The notes beneath the pieces are model-generated. The model had not been told where the DNA came from. It did not search any database and was given only the letters and a program-made list of their open reading frames with translations. DNA of 64,000 nt from Patescibacteria group bacterium. GTDB taxonomy: Bacteria > Patescibacteriota > Minisyncoccia > Phycocordibacterales > XYD1-FULL-46-19. Within the stretch, counting starts at the first letter, position 1; each line of letters begins with the position of its first letter. The stretch covers positions 54,043 through 118,042 of the forward strand of contig JBMCHT010000001.1 of NCBI GenBank assembly GCA_048617235.1. The letters run 5' to 3'. Positions 10,536 to 18,831 of the stretch are shown one piece after another. The position numbers were made by a program, and so were the translations under genes.

Positions 10536-11829
10536 AAATATTTTAAAATTATTTTTTGTATTAACAATTACAATTTTAACTATTTCAAACAGTGAAGTTT
10601 TTATTGTTAAAGCAGAATCAGATGTTACCCAATTACGCCAACAAGTCGAAACGGGTAACCAAGAGATTAATCGACTGGAAAAAGAAATCGCCGAATACCA
10701 ACAACAATTAAATCAAATCGGCCAACAAACCAAATCTTTGGAAGGAGAATTAAACCGCTTCCGTTTAACCACTCAAAAATTAAACGCCGATATTGCCCTA
10801 ACAGAACAACAAATAGAAAATACTCGCTTAAATATAACCAATCTATCTAATGATATAGACTCCAGTGCCGAAAAAATAGAAATAAATAAATCCGGCCTAG
10901 CCTCATCTATTAGAGCTATTAATGAATATGATCGAATCAATTTATTAGGAGTTATTCTAAGCCAAGATTCTTTAGCAGATTTTTTACAAGATTTAAACGC
11001 CTTAACGGAAATCAATAATAAAATAAATAACTTATTAGCCGAACTTCGAGAAACTAAAACCAGCCTGGAGACTTCTAAGGTTAAAACCGAAAAAGAACAA
11101 GCTGAACTCTTGGCTTTACAACAAAAATTAGATGAACAAAAGAAGATAGCTCTGGCCAACCAAGAAGAAGCAGCTAAATTGTTGGAGGAAACCAAAAATG
11201 AAGAAGCTTCATATAATAAAATCTTAGCTCAAAGATTAGAGAAAAAAAGATTAATAGAAAGCGAAATAAGACAAGCCGAGGAAGCTATTCGAGTTCAGAT
11301 AGATCCCGCCTCCTTACCATCAACCGCTCCGGGAATCTTGCAATGGCCTCTGGCTAATATTCGAATCACTCAATACTTTGGCAATACTAATTTTGCCACT
11401 CAAAATCCTCAGATATACAAAGGAGCAGGCCATAACGGAATAGATTTAGCAGCCAGTGTTGGTACACCGATAAAATCAGTCTTAGCCGGACAAGTTATCG
11501 GAACAGGGGATACAGATATAACCTGTCGTGGAGCTTCTTATGGTCGCTGGATTCTAATTGAACATCCAAATGGTCTTTCTTCTCTCTACGCCCATTTATC
11601 TTTAATAAAAGTAAAAGAAGGACAATCTGTTTCCACCGGTCAAGAAATTGCTTACGGCGGCAATACCGGTTATACCACAGGCCCTCATCTTCATTTTTCA
11701 GTCTTTGCTTCCGCCGGAGTAGAAGTGGGATCCCTCCAAAGCCAAGTACCGGGTTGCGGTATTTATCGTTTACCCTTGGCTGCCAACAATAGCGTTCTTA
11801 ATCCTTTATCTTATTTGCCTTCTATTTAA
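10528..11829 (+). CDS. Secreted coiled-coil protein with M23 peptidase domain (EnvC/PcsB-like architecture)
   Basis: Signal peptide, long coiled coil, HNGID and TGPHLHF M23 motifs. Confidence 0.9.
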   Translation: MNKNILKLFFVLTITILTISNSEVFIVKAESDVTQLRQQVETGNQEINRLEKEIAEYQQQLNQIGQQTKSLEGELNRFRLTTQKLNADIALTEQQIENTRLNITNLSNDIDSSAEKIEINKSGLASSIRAINEYDRINLLGVILSQDSLADFLQDLNALTEINNKINNLLAELRETKTSLETSKVKTEKEQAELLALQQKLDEQKKIALANQEEAAKLLEETKNEEASYNKILAQRLEKKRLIESEIRQAEEAIRVQIDPASLPSTAPGILQWPLANIRITQYFGNTNFATQNPQIYKGAGHNGIDLAASVGTPIKSVLAGQVIGTGDTDITCRGASYGRWILIEHPNGLSSLYAHLSLIKVKEGQSVSTGQEIAYGGNTGYTTGPHLHFSVFASAGVEVGSLQSQVPGCGIYRLPLAANNSVLNPLSYLPSI

Positions 11830-11865
11830 TTAATTTTATTCAGTTTTTATGTTAAAATAAAAAAA

Positions 11866-12162
11866 ATGAAGAATTCTAGCCAACAATCGGGATTTATTAA
11901 ATTAATTGTTATTATAGTAGTAATAGTTATCATTTTAAGTTGGATAGGTTTTGATTTACGTCAATTAATGGAATCTGAGTTGGTAAAAAATAATTTTCAA
12001 TATTTAAAAGAGGTTTTATTGGTAATCTGGGAGTTTTTAGTCAATATTTGGAATAAATTTTTAGCCGAACCGACTATTTGGATTTGGGATAATATCATTA
12101 TTGATCTCTTTTGGCACAATATTAAACCAATACCAGAAATGCTAAATAACAATAATTCTTAA
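11866..12162 (+). CDS. Small membrane protein with a prepilin-like N-terminus
   Basis: MKNSSQQSG|FIKLIVIIVVIVIILSW; TG-TAAAAT box 7 nt upstream of ATG. Confidence 0.6.
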   Translation: MKNSSQQSGFIKLIVIIVVIVIILSWIGFDLRQLMESELVKNNFQYLKEVLLVIWEFLVNIWNKFLAEPTIWIWDNIIIDLFWHNIKPIPEMLNNNNS

Positions 12163-12206
12163 AATATACAAAATATGGCTTAAAATAAGCATATTTTAGC
12201 TTAGGT

Positions 12207-12215
12207 TTATCCACA
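12207..12215 (+). promoter_or_regulatory. DnaA box
   Basis: Exact TTATCCACA just upstream of the promoter at 12232. Confidence 0.55.
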
Positions 12216-12231
12216 AGAAGACCCTTTACTG

Positions 12232-12260
12232 TTGACTTTTTAAATTCTCTGTGCTAACAT
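12232..12260 (+). promoter_or_regulatory. sigma70 promoter of the lytic transglycosylase gene
   Basis: TTGACT(12232-12237)-17 nt-TAACAT(12255-12260) with a TG extension. Confidence 0.7.
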
Positions 12261-12330
12261 AGACGACGTAGAGCAGAGTAGTCATACCTGCTCTTTTTAA
12301 GTGGAGTAATACATCAGCGCTTTAAAAATT

Positions 12331-12358
12331 GTTTAACATAATAATTTTTAATCAAGCG
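12331..12358 (-). other. dif-like Xer recombination site candidate
   Basis: Minus strand reads CGCTTGATTAA-AAATTA-TTATGTTAAAC; the right arm matches the XerD arm TTATGTTAAAT at 10/11; near the gene-orientation switch. Confidence 0.35.
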
Positions 12359-12369
12359 TTACGACGCGT

Positions 12370-12879
12370 ATTATAAAAACTTTACAAATAGGCTTAGTTA
12401 GCCTTATAGCTTTTACCGGAATTAATCCGGCAGCTGTCGATGAGAATAAACAATTCAATTTGGTAGCTGTTGAGACTGAACCGGTAGAAAGCCTTGAAGA
12501 TGATCAGTCTTTGAATTCCGATTCAAAGCCGACCGCAGAGTCGGACGCTGAACAACTTCAAGAATTAATCGTTGAATACAGTTTAAAGAATAATATAGAT
12601 CCTAACTTACCACTGGCTATCGCTTTTTGTGAAAGCTCTTACAGGCATTGGCAAGATGAGGATCAAAATAAAGTCCTTAGAGGTCAAACCAATTCCAATG
12701 ATGTTGGTTTATTCCAAATAAATGAACATTATCATTTAGATAAAAGTCGCGAATTAGGCTACGATATATATACCTTAGAAGGTAATATAGAATATGCTAT
12801 GTGGCTTTTAAAAACAGACGGGGATAACGCTTGGCATTGGAGTCAGAAGTGTTGGAGCCCGAAGCTAGCTCAAAAGTAA
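12370..12879 (+). CDS. Secreted lytic transglycosylase (SLT/lysozyme-like), probable non-AUG (ATT/ATA) start
   Basis: AIAFCES catalytic Glu, DVGLFQIN, GNIEYA and W..W..C motifs; in-frame upstream extension IIKTLQIGLVSLIAFTGINPAA is signal-peptide-like; in-frame stop at 12349. Confidence 0.8.
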   Translation: MIKTLQIGLVSLIAFTGINPAAVDENKQFNLVAVETEPVESLEDDQSLNSDSKPTAESDAEQLQELIVEYSLKNNIDPNLPLAIAFCESSYRHWQDEDQNKVLRGQTNSNDVGLFQINEHYHLDKSRELGYDIYTLEGNIEYAMWLLKTDGDNAWHWSQKCWSPKLAQK

Positions 12880-12890
12880 AATGAATTAGA

Positions 12891-12940
12891 AACAAGAACC
12901 ACTCAGATTAGATTAGACCTGAGTGGTTTTTGTTTGTTTT
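12891..12940 (+). terminator. Intrinsic terminator after the transglycosylase
   Basis: AACAAGAACCACTCAG...CTGAGTGGTTTTTGTT stem followed by a T-rich tail. Confidence 0.75.
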
Positions 12941-13186
12941 AATTTATTTGAATGGTTCGCAAAAGATATATTGTGCGAACCACTATTATCTTTATTCTAG
13001 CTATAAAAAACAACCCCCCTATGCATTTTTTAATTAAAATCTAATTTATCAATCAATTAAATTAAAAACTTTTAATAAAATAAAAAACATATTACACCTC
13101 TCCCCATTTAATCTCTTCCTTTCTTTAATATCTTTAATAAACTAATTTTATTGATTTAAATAAAAAATCTATCCACTCCACTCCCC

Positions 13187-13215
13187 TTGCCTAAAATCCA
13201 AATATTAGTCATAAT
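13187..13215 (+). promoter_or_regulatory. sigma70 promoter of a GC-rich mini-unit
   Basis: TTGCCT-17 nt-CATAAT. Confidence 0.65.
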
Positions 13216-13219
13216 AAAA

Positions 13220-13420
13220 ATGGACTGTGCACCACAACTAAAAGGGAGGGAGGTGATTCTTATCGGCACCCAAACCACCACAAAGATGCCCGTTTTCAAA
13301 ATCTCGGAACACCGAGATGAAAACGGCTTCTTCAGCGTCAAACCGGTAAAGGCAACCCCGGTCGCCCCTACCAAAAACGGCAAAAAAGAGGAACCCGTCA
13401 AGCGGGATCCTCGCAACTAG
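13220..13420 (+). CDS. Orphan small basic protein in a GC-rich mini-unit; start uncertain (ATG 13220, ATC 13262 or ATG 13286)
   Basis: Open frame with C-ending codons; strong SD GGGAGGTGA at 13248-13256; own promoter and terminator. Confidence 0.55.
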   Translation: MDCAPQLKGREVILIGTQTTTKMPVFKISEHRDENGFFSVKPVKATPVAPTKNGKKEEPVKRDPRN

Positions 13421-13426
13421 CCTCAC

Positions 13427-13500
13427 CCCCGGAGAAGCATATGATTATAGTCTCATACGGTGCACCCGAGACAAATCATGTCCTTCTCCGGGGCTTTTTT
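13427..13500 (+). terminator. Unusually long hairpin terminator
   Basis: CCCCGGAGAAG/CTTCTCCGGGG base, inner ATGATT/AATCAT and GTCTC/GAGAC helices, then a T6 tail. Confidence 0.75.
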
Positions 13501-13909
13501 ATTGTTGTAAACCGGGACAATTAAGAGCCGGGGTATACCCGGCCGCTTGAGCCTCGGCTTCAGATTGAAACCAAACCAAATTAGGTTCACTAATTTGTTT
13601 GGCTCCGGCACACCAAGGTAAATGGTAACGTTTCCCATTTCTAGAGGCAACCACTACACCGGCGGCTATCGAACCGGTTGGCAAATCAGGATGTTTAGTA
13701 AACATCTCCAAAGGTAGAGTTTCATAAGGGGGTAGAGGCCATTCTTCTACGGTTATAGGTGGTCGATTATCTATCAAATTCTGAATCCGCCCCAGACCAA
13801 AACCGATTACTCCGGTCAAAAAAACTATTAAAATAATAGCTAAATCCTTTTCATATTTAAACCAAGACTGCCTCTTGATTTTTTTCAGCCATTGAGTTAT
13901 ATTTATCAT
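13499..13909 (-). CDS. Membrane-anchored protein with a C-terminal Ada metal-binding-like domain
   Basis: One TM segment; ASRNGKRYHLPWC...WFQSEAEAQAAGYTPALNC. Confidence 0.75.
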   Translation of the reverse strand: MINITQWLKKIKRQSWFKYEKDLAIILIVFLTGVIGFGLGRIQNLIDNRPPITVEEWPLPPYETLPLEMFTKHPDLPTGSIAAGVVVASRNGKRYHLPWCAGAKQISEPNLVWFQSEAEAQAAGYTPALNCPGLQQ

Positions 13910-13948
13910 TGTCTATCTGAATTAATTTAACTTATATTAACATAATTT

Positions 13949-14230
13949 ATGTCAACTAAAAAAGCCGGTGGATCGGCTAAAAACTTAAGAGATTCAAATC
14001 CTAAATATTTAGGTACTAAACTCTATGATGGCCAAGAAGCTAAGGCCGGATCTGTTATAGTCCGTCAACGAGGAACTAAAATTTTACCGGGAGAAAATGT
14101 CGGCCTGGGTAAAGATCATACAATTTTTTCTAAAATAACCGGTAAAGTGGTTTATAATACTGTTCGTAAAACCAAATTTAACGGTCAAACTAAAAGATAC
14201 AAGAAAGTCAGTGTAAAATCTGAAAAATAA
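13949..14230 (+). CDS. rpmA: 50S ribosomal protein L27
   Basis: [24 protein letters not shown] and GKDHTIF motifs. Confidence 0.97.
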   Translation: MSTKKAGGSAKNLRDSNPKYLGTKLYDGQEAKAGSVIVRQRGTKILPGENVGLGKDHTIFSKITGKVVYNTVRKTKFNGQTKRYKKVSVKSEK

Positions 14231-14258
14231 AAAAACAACCGCTTCGGCGGTTGTTTTT
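14230..14258. terminator. Bidirectional terminator between rpmA and rplI
   Basis: AAAAACAACCGC-TTCG-GCGGTTGTTTTT perfect hairpin. Confidence 0.9.
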
Positions 14259-14276
14259 CTAAATAATAGTATTTTT

Positions 14277-14741
14277 TTATAAAGCTTCTATAGTTACTTT
14301 TATTTCAGGTTTATCTTTTTGATCCCCCATCACAACTGGTATTTTCACCTCCCCCACTTCCTTTATAGGTCGTTCTAAATCTATCCAATCCGGTTCCAAG
14401 TGAATATCAAATTGTTCCGCCAAAGCATTAGCTATATCCTCTTCTTTTAAGCCGGCAAACAAATGACCGGCTTCACTGGCAGCCACCTTTATAATTACAT
14501 TGACTTGATCTAATTTTTCTTTCAAATTTTCAACTGCAGCTAATTTTTTCTGTTTTTCTTCTATTAAAGACTGTCTTTGTTTTTCCGCCTCGGTTATTGT
14601 TCGATCATCCGCCAGTTGAGCCAAGTTCTTAGGTAATAACCAATTACGAACAAAACCCGGAGCTAATTTTTTAACTTCAAATTTACGCCCAACCTTAGGC
14701 ACATCTTTATTTAAAATAACGGTAGTTTTATGTCTGGACAT
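14277..14741 (-). CDS. rplI: 50S ribosomal protein L9
   Basis: VILNKDVPKVG, PGFVRNWLLPK, GHLFAG and PIKEVG motifs. Confidence 0.93.
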   Translation of the reverse strand: MSRHKTTVILNKDVPKVGRKFEVKKLAPGFVRNWLLPKNLAQLADDRTITEAEKQRQSLIEEKQKKLAAVENLKEKLDQVNVIIKVAASEAGHLFAGLKEEDIANALAEQFDIHLEPDWIDLERPIKEVGEVKIPVVMGDQKDKPEIKVTIEAL

Positions 14742-14795
14742 GATATATTAAAATTTTATTTACCCTTAGAGTTTAACTCAAATTGACTTATTTGT

Positions 14796-15938
14796 CTAGT
14801 TTCCCTTAAAATACTTTTTTCCTTTTAATTTAGCAGGTAATAAATCTTCAGTGGTATAAAGCTCATAATCCCGACCATAACCCATTTTTTTTAACAAAGC
14901 CGTAGTGGCATTCAAAATTATTTTAGGTGGACGTAAAGCTCCAAACCGGCGGCAATCAGCGGCCGCTTGATCATAGGCCTCCACCACTCGTCTATCTTTT
15001 TTAGCTTTGGCTAAATAAATAGCAGTTTGAGTTAGATTTATTTTAATTTCCGGATATCCAATAACCTCGCTTGCTTTAAAAGCGGTGCCGGCCACCAAAA
15101 AAGCAGCCGTTTGAGATAAACCAATATCTTCACTGGCAAAAATTAGCATTCTTCTGGCTATATATTTGGGATCCTCCCCTGCTTCCAACATTCGAGCCAG
15201 ATAATAGACTGCGGCATCCGGCTGACTGGCTCTTAAAGACTTAATAAAAGCACTAGATAAATTATAGTGTTCATCCCCGGCTTTATCATAAGATAAAGAC
15301 ACGGCAGTGGTATTTTCTAACCAATTATCTATTATAGATTTGTTTATCTCTCCCCCAGCGGCTAAAAAATTAAGTTCTTCTAACCAATTAATAAATCTTC
15401 GAGCATCACCGGTGGCCATTTCCGCCAGATAATTTAAAGCTTCCGGTTTAATTTTAATTTCGGCTTTTTGAGCTATTTTAAATAAATGTTCCTTTTCCAG
15501 AGGTTTAAGAAGCCAGACCGACAATCTGGATAATAAAGGTGGTATAATTTCAAAACTGGGATTTTCAGTAGTAGCTCCAATTAAAACTATTTGCCCGGAT
15601 TCCACATACGGTAATAAAAAATCTTGCTGGCTTTTACTGAAACGGTGGATTTCGTCTAAAAATAAAATATTGTTATTCTGATTGATTATTTTTTTGATAT
15701 CCGCTTTTCCGGACGAAACGGCAGATAATTCGGTTACCGGTTTGTTTAAACCACGAGCATATAATCTAGCTATAGAGGTTTTACCCGAACCCGGAGGCCC
15801 CCATAAAATAAAAGAAGTTAATCGACCTGATTCCACTAAACGCCTAATAGCCCCTTCCGACCCCAATAAATGATCTTGACCTATCACTTCATTTAAATCT
15901 ATCGGCCTTATTTTTTCAGCTAAAGGTTTAAAATCCAT
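14796..15938 (-). CDS. rarA: Replication-associated recombination protein RarA/MgsA (AAA+)
   Basis: PLAEKIRP, WGPPGSGKT, DEIHRFSKSQQD, GATTENPSF and SAFIKSLR motifs. Confidence 0.95.
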   Translation of the reverse strand: MDFKPLAEKIRPIDLNEVIGQDHLLGSEGAIRRLVESGRLTSFILWGPPGSGKTSIARLYARGLNKPVTELSAVSSGKADIKKIINQNNNILFLDEIHRFSKSQQDFLLPYVESGQIVLIGATTENPSFEIIPPLLSRLSVWLLKPLEKEHLFKIAQKAEIKIKPEALNYLAEMATGDARRFINWLEELNFLAAGGEINKSIIDNWLENTTAVSLSYDKAGDEHYNLSSAFIKSLRASQPDAAVYYLARMLEAGEDPKYIARRMLIFASEDIGLSQTAAFLVAGTAFKASEVIGYPEIKINLTQTAIYLAKAKKDRRVVEAYDQAAADCRRFGALRPPKIILNATTALLKKMGYGRDYELYTTEDLLPAKLKGKKYFKGN

Positions 15939-16551
15939 AAAGTAAATAATCAATTAAGGGCGTAACAAAAACCTCCACTAAAGCAGCTCCTAAAACCCAT
16001 AAAGGTATTATTTTATAACCCCACCGATAAGCCTGTAGTAAATTCTGCTTAATAATTTCTTTTTCTTTTTTACCAAAAGACCAAAGTAAAACTATATGAC
16101 CTAAGTGAAAGCCCCAAGCAGCAGCCATAAAAAAGACCGTTAATTCTATAATTCCATGTGGCAATAATAAAATCAAAGTCCTCCCCCACCCCAAAGCAGC
16201 CAAACTTTCAAAACCAATCATGCCTAAAAGTAAACCATTAACCGTAACAAAAATAGCCGGTCCCAAACCAAAAAGTAATCCGGAGATTATTACTAACCAA
16301 ATTTTAATCAGATTATTTAAAAAAATAATAATAAAAATTGTCCAAGGGCTTAAATTTTTTAACCAAGCCATTGAGTTAAAAAACTCTCCAATCTCTTCAG
16401 AAACTGTTTCTTGATTCAAACTATAAATCAACCACCCCATAATAACTGAAAGAAAAAACAATATTGCAGTATAAATAAAAAACCACCAAACTGTTTTTGA
16501 TATTAAATGGCCACCTAAAAATTTACTCAACCGACTTTTAAAAAATTGCAT
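15928..16551 (-). CDS. SpoIIM-family membrane protein
   Basis: IFLNN, NG..LG, LLPHGIIEL and AALVEVFVTP motifs. Confidence 0.85.
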   Translation of the reverse strand: MQFFKSRLSKFLGGHLISKTVWWFFIYTAILFFLSVIMGWLIYSLNQETVSEEIGEFFNSMAWLKNLSPWTIFIIIFLNNLIKIWLVIISGLLFGLGPAIFVTVNGLLLGMIGFESLAALGWGRTLILLLPHGIIELTVFFMAAAWGFHLGHIVLLWSFGKKEKEIIKQNLLQAYRWGYKIIPLWVLGAALVEVFVTPLIDYLLYGF

Positions 16552-16573
16552 TAACTAAAATTTTTCAGTTGTA

Positions 16574-17818
16574 TTAAAATTCATTCTGTAAATAATCTAT
16601 TGCTTTATCTAACACTGGATCTTTTTCAGCTTCAATGTCTTCTTGAGTTATCTCTACCTCTATATCCGGCGTCAGACCTTCTTTAGATAATATTTTTCCT
16701 TCCGGTGTCTTCCAATGAGCAATAGTCACCTTTAAAGCACTACCTCCGGATATAGGTAACAACTCTTGAACCGAACCTTTGGCAAAAGTTGGCTGGCCAA
16801 TCAAAGTAGCTATACCATGTTCAGCCAAAGCTCCGGCTAAAATCTCTGAAGCCGAGGCACTGCCTCTATCAATCAAAATCACCAGCGGTAAATCTGCTGA
16901 GAAAGTATTATATCCTCGACTACGATATTTTCTAATTGAACTTTCCTCTCCCCTGGTTTCTTGAACCACCACCTCTCCGGCCGGCAAAAACCAACTGGCA
17001 GTATCTATAGCCGCTTCCATATAACCTCCGGGATTACCTCGTAAGTCTATTATTAATTTGTCTGCATTAGACAAAACAAACTCTTGTAAAGCCTGACGGA
17101 ATATTTCAGGAGAAGAAGCGGAAAAATTATAAAATTTAATCAAAAATATTCCACCCTCCAATTCTTCTGTTTCTATAATCGGAATAGATATAATATCTCT
17201 TTCTATATCAAAATTTAACAAATCCGACTCCCCTTCCCTGGCTATTGTCAATTGAACAACAGTCCCTTTTTTTCCTCTGATTAATTTTACCCCCGAATCT
17301 ACAGACATATCTTCTGTAGATTCTCCATCTATTTCAATTATTTTATCTCCGGCTTGCAAACCGGCCTCTTGAGCCGGAGTATCAGATAAAGGAGAAATTA
17401 CTGTTAAGATACCATCCCGAATACCTACCTCCATTCCTACGCCGCCGAAATTACCGGAAATGTCTTCTTCAAAATGCTTTTTATCTGAAGGTGGCAAAAA
17501 AACCGAATAGGGATCACCTGTAGATCTAACCATACCTTGAATAGCCCCCCACAATCTTTCTTGTAAACGTTCTTTTTCTGTTTGATCTTTATCACCGTTT
17601 AAAACAGCCAAATTATCGTCCAAAGCCAGCCATACTTCCCAAAAAGGAGCCATGTCTACTTCCACCACTCTCCCGGCATTTAAATCAGTCCAATTGGCTA
17701 TTGCTTTAGATATCGGCTGATTCTCATAACCGGCATAAACTCCGGCCGAAAAAGCTACTAGCAAACTTAAAGCCATAATTACGGCTATAGATATTTTTCC
17801 TAAAAATGAATATTTCAT
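16574..17818 (-). CDS. C-terminal processing protease (S41A) with PDZ domain
   Basis: DPYS, GGVG, DLRGNPGG and SASASEI motifs; KGSVQ. Confidence 0.93.
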   Translation of the reverse strand: MKYSFLGKISIAVIMALSLLVAFSAGVYAGYENQPISKAIANWTDLNAGRVVEVDMAPFWEVWLALDDNLAVLNGDKDQTEKERLQERLWGAIQGMVRSTGDPYSVFLPPSDKKHFEEDISGNFGGVGMEVGIRDGILTVISPLSDTPAQEAGLQAGDKIIEIDGESTEDMSVDSGVKLIRGKKGTVVQLTIAREGESDLLNFDIERDIISIPIIETEELEGGIFLIKFYNFSASSPEIFRQALQEFVLSNADKLIIDLRGNPGGYMEAAIDTASWFLPAGEVVVQETRGEESSIRKYRSRGYNTFSADLPLVILIDRGSASASEILAGALAEHGIATLIGQPTFAKGSVQELLPISGGSALKVTIAHWKTPEGKILSKEGLTPDIEVEITQEDIEAEKDPVLDKAIDYLQNEF

Positions 17819-17898
17819 AAGCCTATTATCACAAATTATAGTTTGTCGGTCAATCTAAAAAAAGTTATAATAGCCAATATTGGCTTAAATTAAAATAT

Positions 17899-18831
17899 AT
17901 GATAAAACAACTTCGTTATAAAAATATTACCTGGATTGATGCTACCGCCCCTTCTGTTGAAGAAATAGAAAAGCTAGCTGATCAATACAAAATTCACCCT
18001 TTCATTACCGGTGACTTAAAAACCCCCAGTCCCCGCTCTAAAATTAATTTATATAAAGAGACCATCCATTTGGTTTGCCATTTTCCGGCTATAGACTTTT
18101 TTTATAATCGAGAACCAAATAATAAACCAAGTAGTGATCATTCCTTAACCGAGATGGTTTTTATTATCAGTCAAGATTTTGTTATTTCTCTTCACCAAGA
18201 GCCCAGTCCTCCACTGGAAGAATTATCAAAAATATTTGAATCCGGCTTTAATGATTTGGGAGAAAATCCGAACGGTAGCCATCTATTATATTACCTTCTT
18301 CGACATTTGTATTTATCCCTAGGAAACGGCTTGGATTTGTTGGGCAATGAATTAAAAAAAACCAGTCATCAAGTTTTTGCCGGTCGCGAAAAAGAAATGG
18401 TTTTAGCCTTAGCTAATCTTAATCAACACTTAATGAACTTCCGCTGGGCTTTAAAAAATCATGAGGAATTATTACATTCTTTGAATTCAACCGGTTCCCA
18501 ACTTTTTGGAGAAGACTTTCATTATTATGGACAAAATCTAATCAGTGAATATAATCGAGTGTGGTACATGTTGGAAAATTATCGTGAAACTTTTCAAGAT
18601 GTTCAAAATACCAACAATTCCTTATTATCTATTAAAAATAACGAAACGGTAAAAATCTTAACCGTTTTAGCTTTTATTTTCTTACCTATCAGTTTAGTGG
18701 CTAACTTTTTTAGTTTTACCGTATCGACTCCACTGGAAAAATCCCCTTACGGTTTGGTTATAATTTTAATTATAGCCATTATTACCTTAATAACTACTTT
18801 ATCTATTGCTAAATATAAAAAATGGCTCTAA
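17899..18831 (+). CDS. CorA-family divalent cation transporter with an atypical signature
   Basis: TWID N-terminus, NETVKILTV..FIFLP and two C-terminal TM segments; GMN motif replaced by SFT. Confidence 0.8.
   Translation: MIKQLRYKNITWIDATAPSVEEIEKLADQYKIHPFITGDLKTPSPRSKINLYKETIHLVCHFPAIDFFYNREPNNKPSSDHSLTEMVFIISQDFVISLHQEPSPPLEELSKIFESGFNDLGENPNGSHLLYYLLRHLYLSLGNGLDLLGNELKKTSHQVFAGREKEMVLALANLNQHLMNFRWALKNHEELLHSLNSTGSQLFGEDFHYYGQNLISEYNRVWYMLENYRETFQDVQNTNNSLLSIKNNETVKILTVLAFIFLPISLVANFFSFTVSTPLEKSPYGLVIILIIAIITLITTLSIAKYKKWL

Noticed and set aside
11847-11857. TTATGTTAAAA as a second dif XerD arm
   Set aside because: There is no plausible XerC arm; it is better explained as the extended -10 box of ORF 11866.
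12207-13180. oriC (DnaA box plus AT-rich stretch)
   Set aside because: There is only one box and no dnaA/dnaN; gene orientation and skew converge here, which suggests a terminus rather than an origin.
13156-13426. Minus-strand ORFs of 86 and 62 aa
   Set aside because: They are shadows of the GC-rich plus-strand unit; expression signals are on the plus strand.
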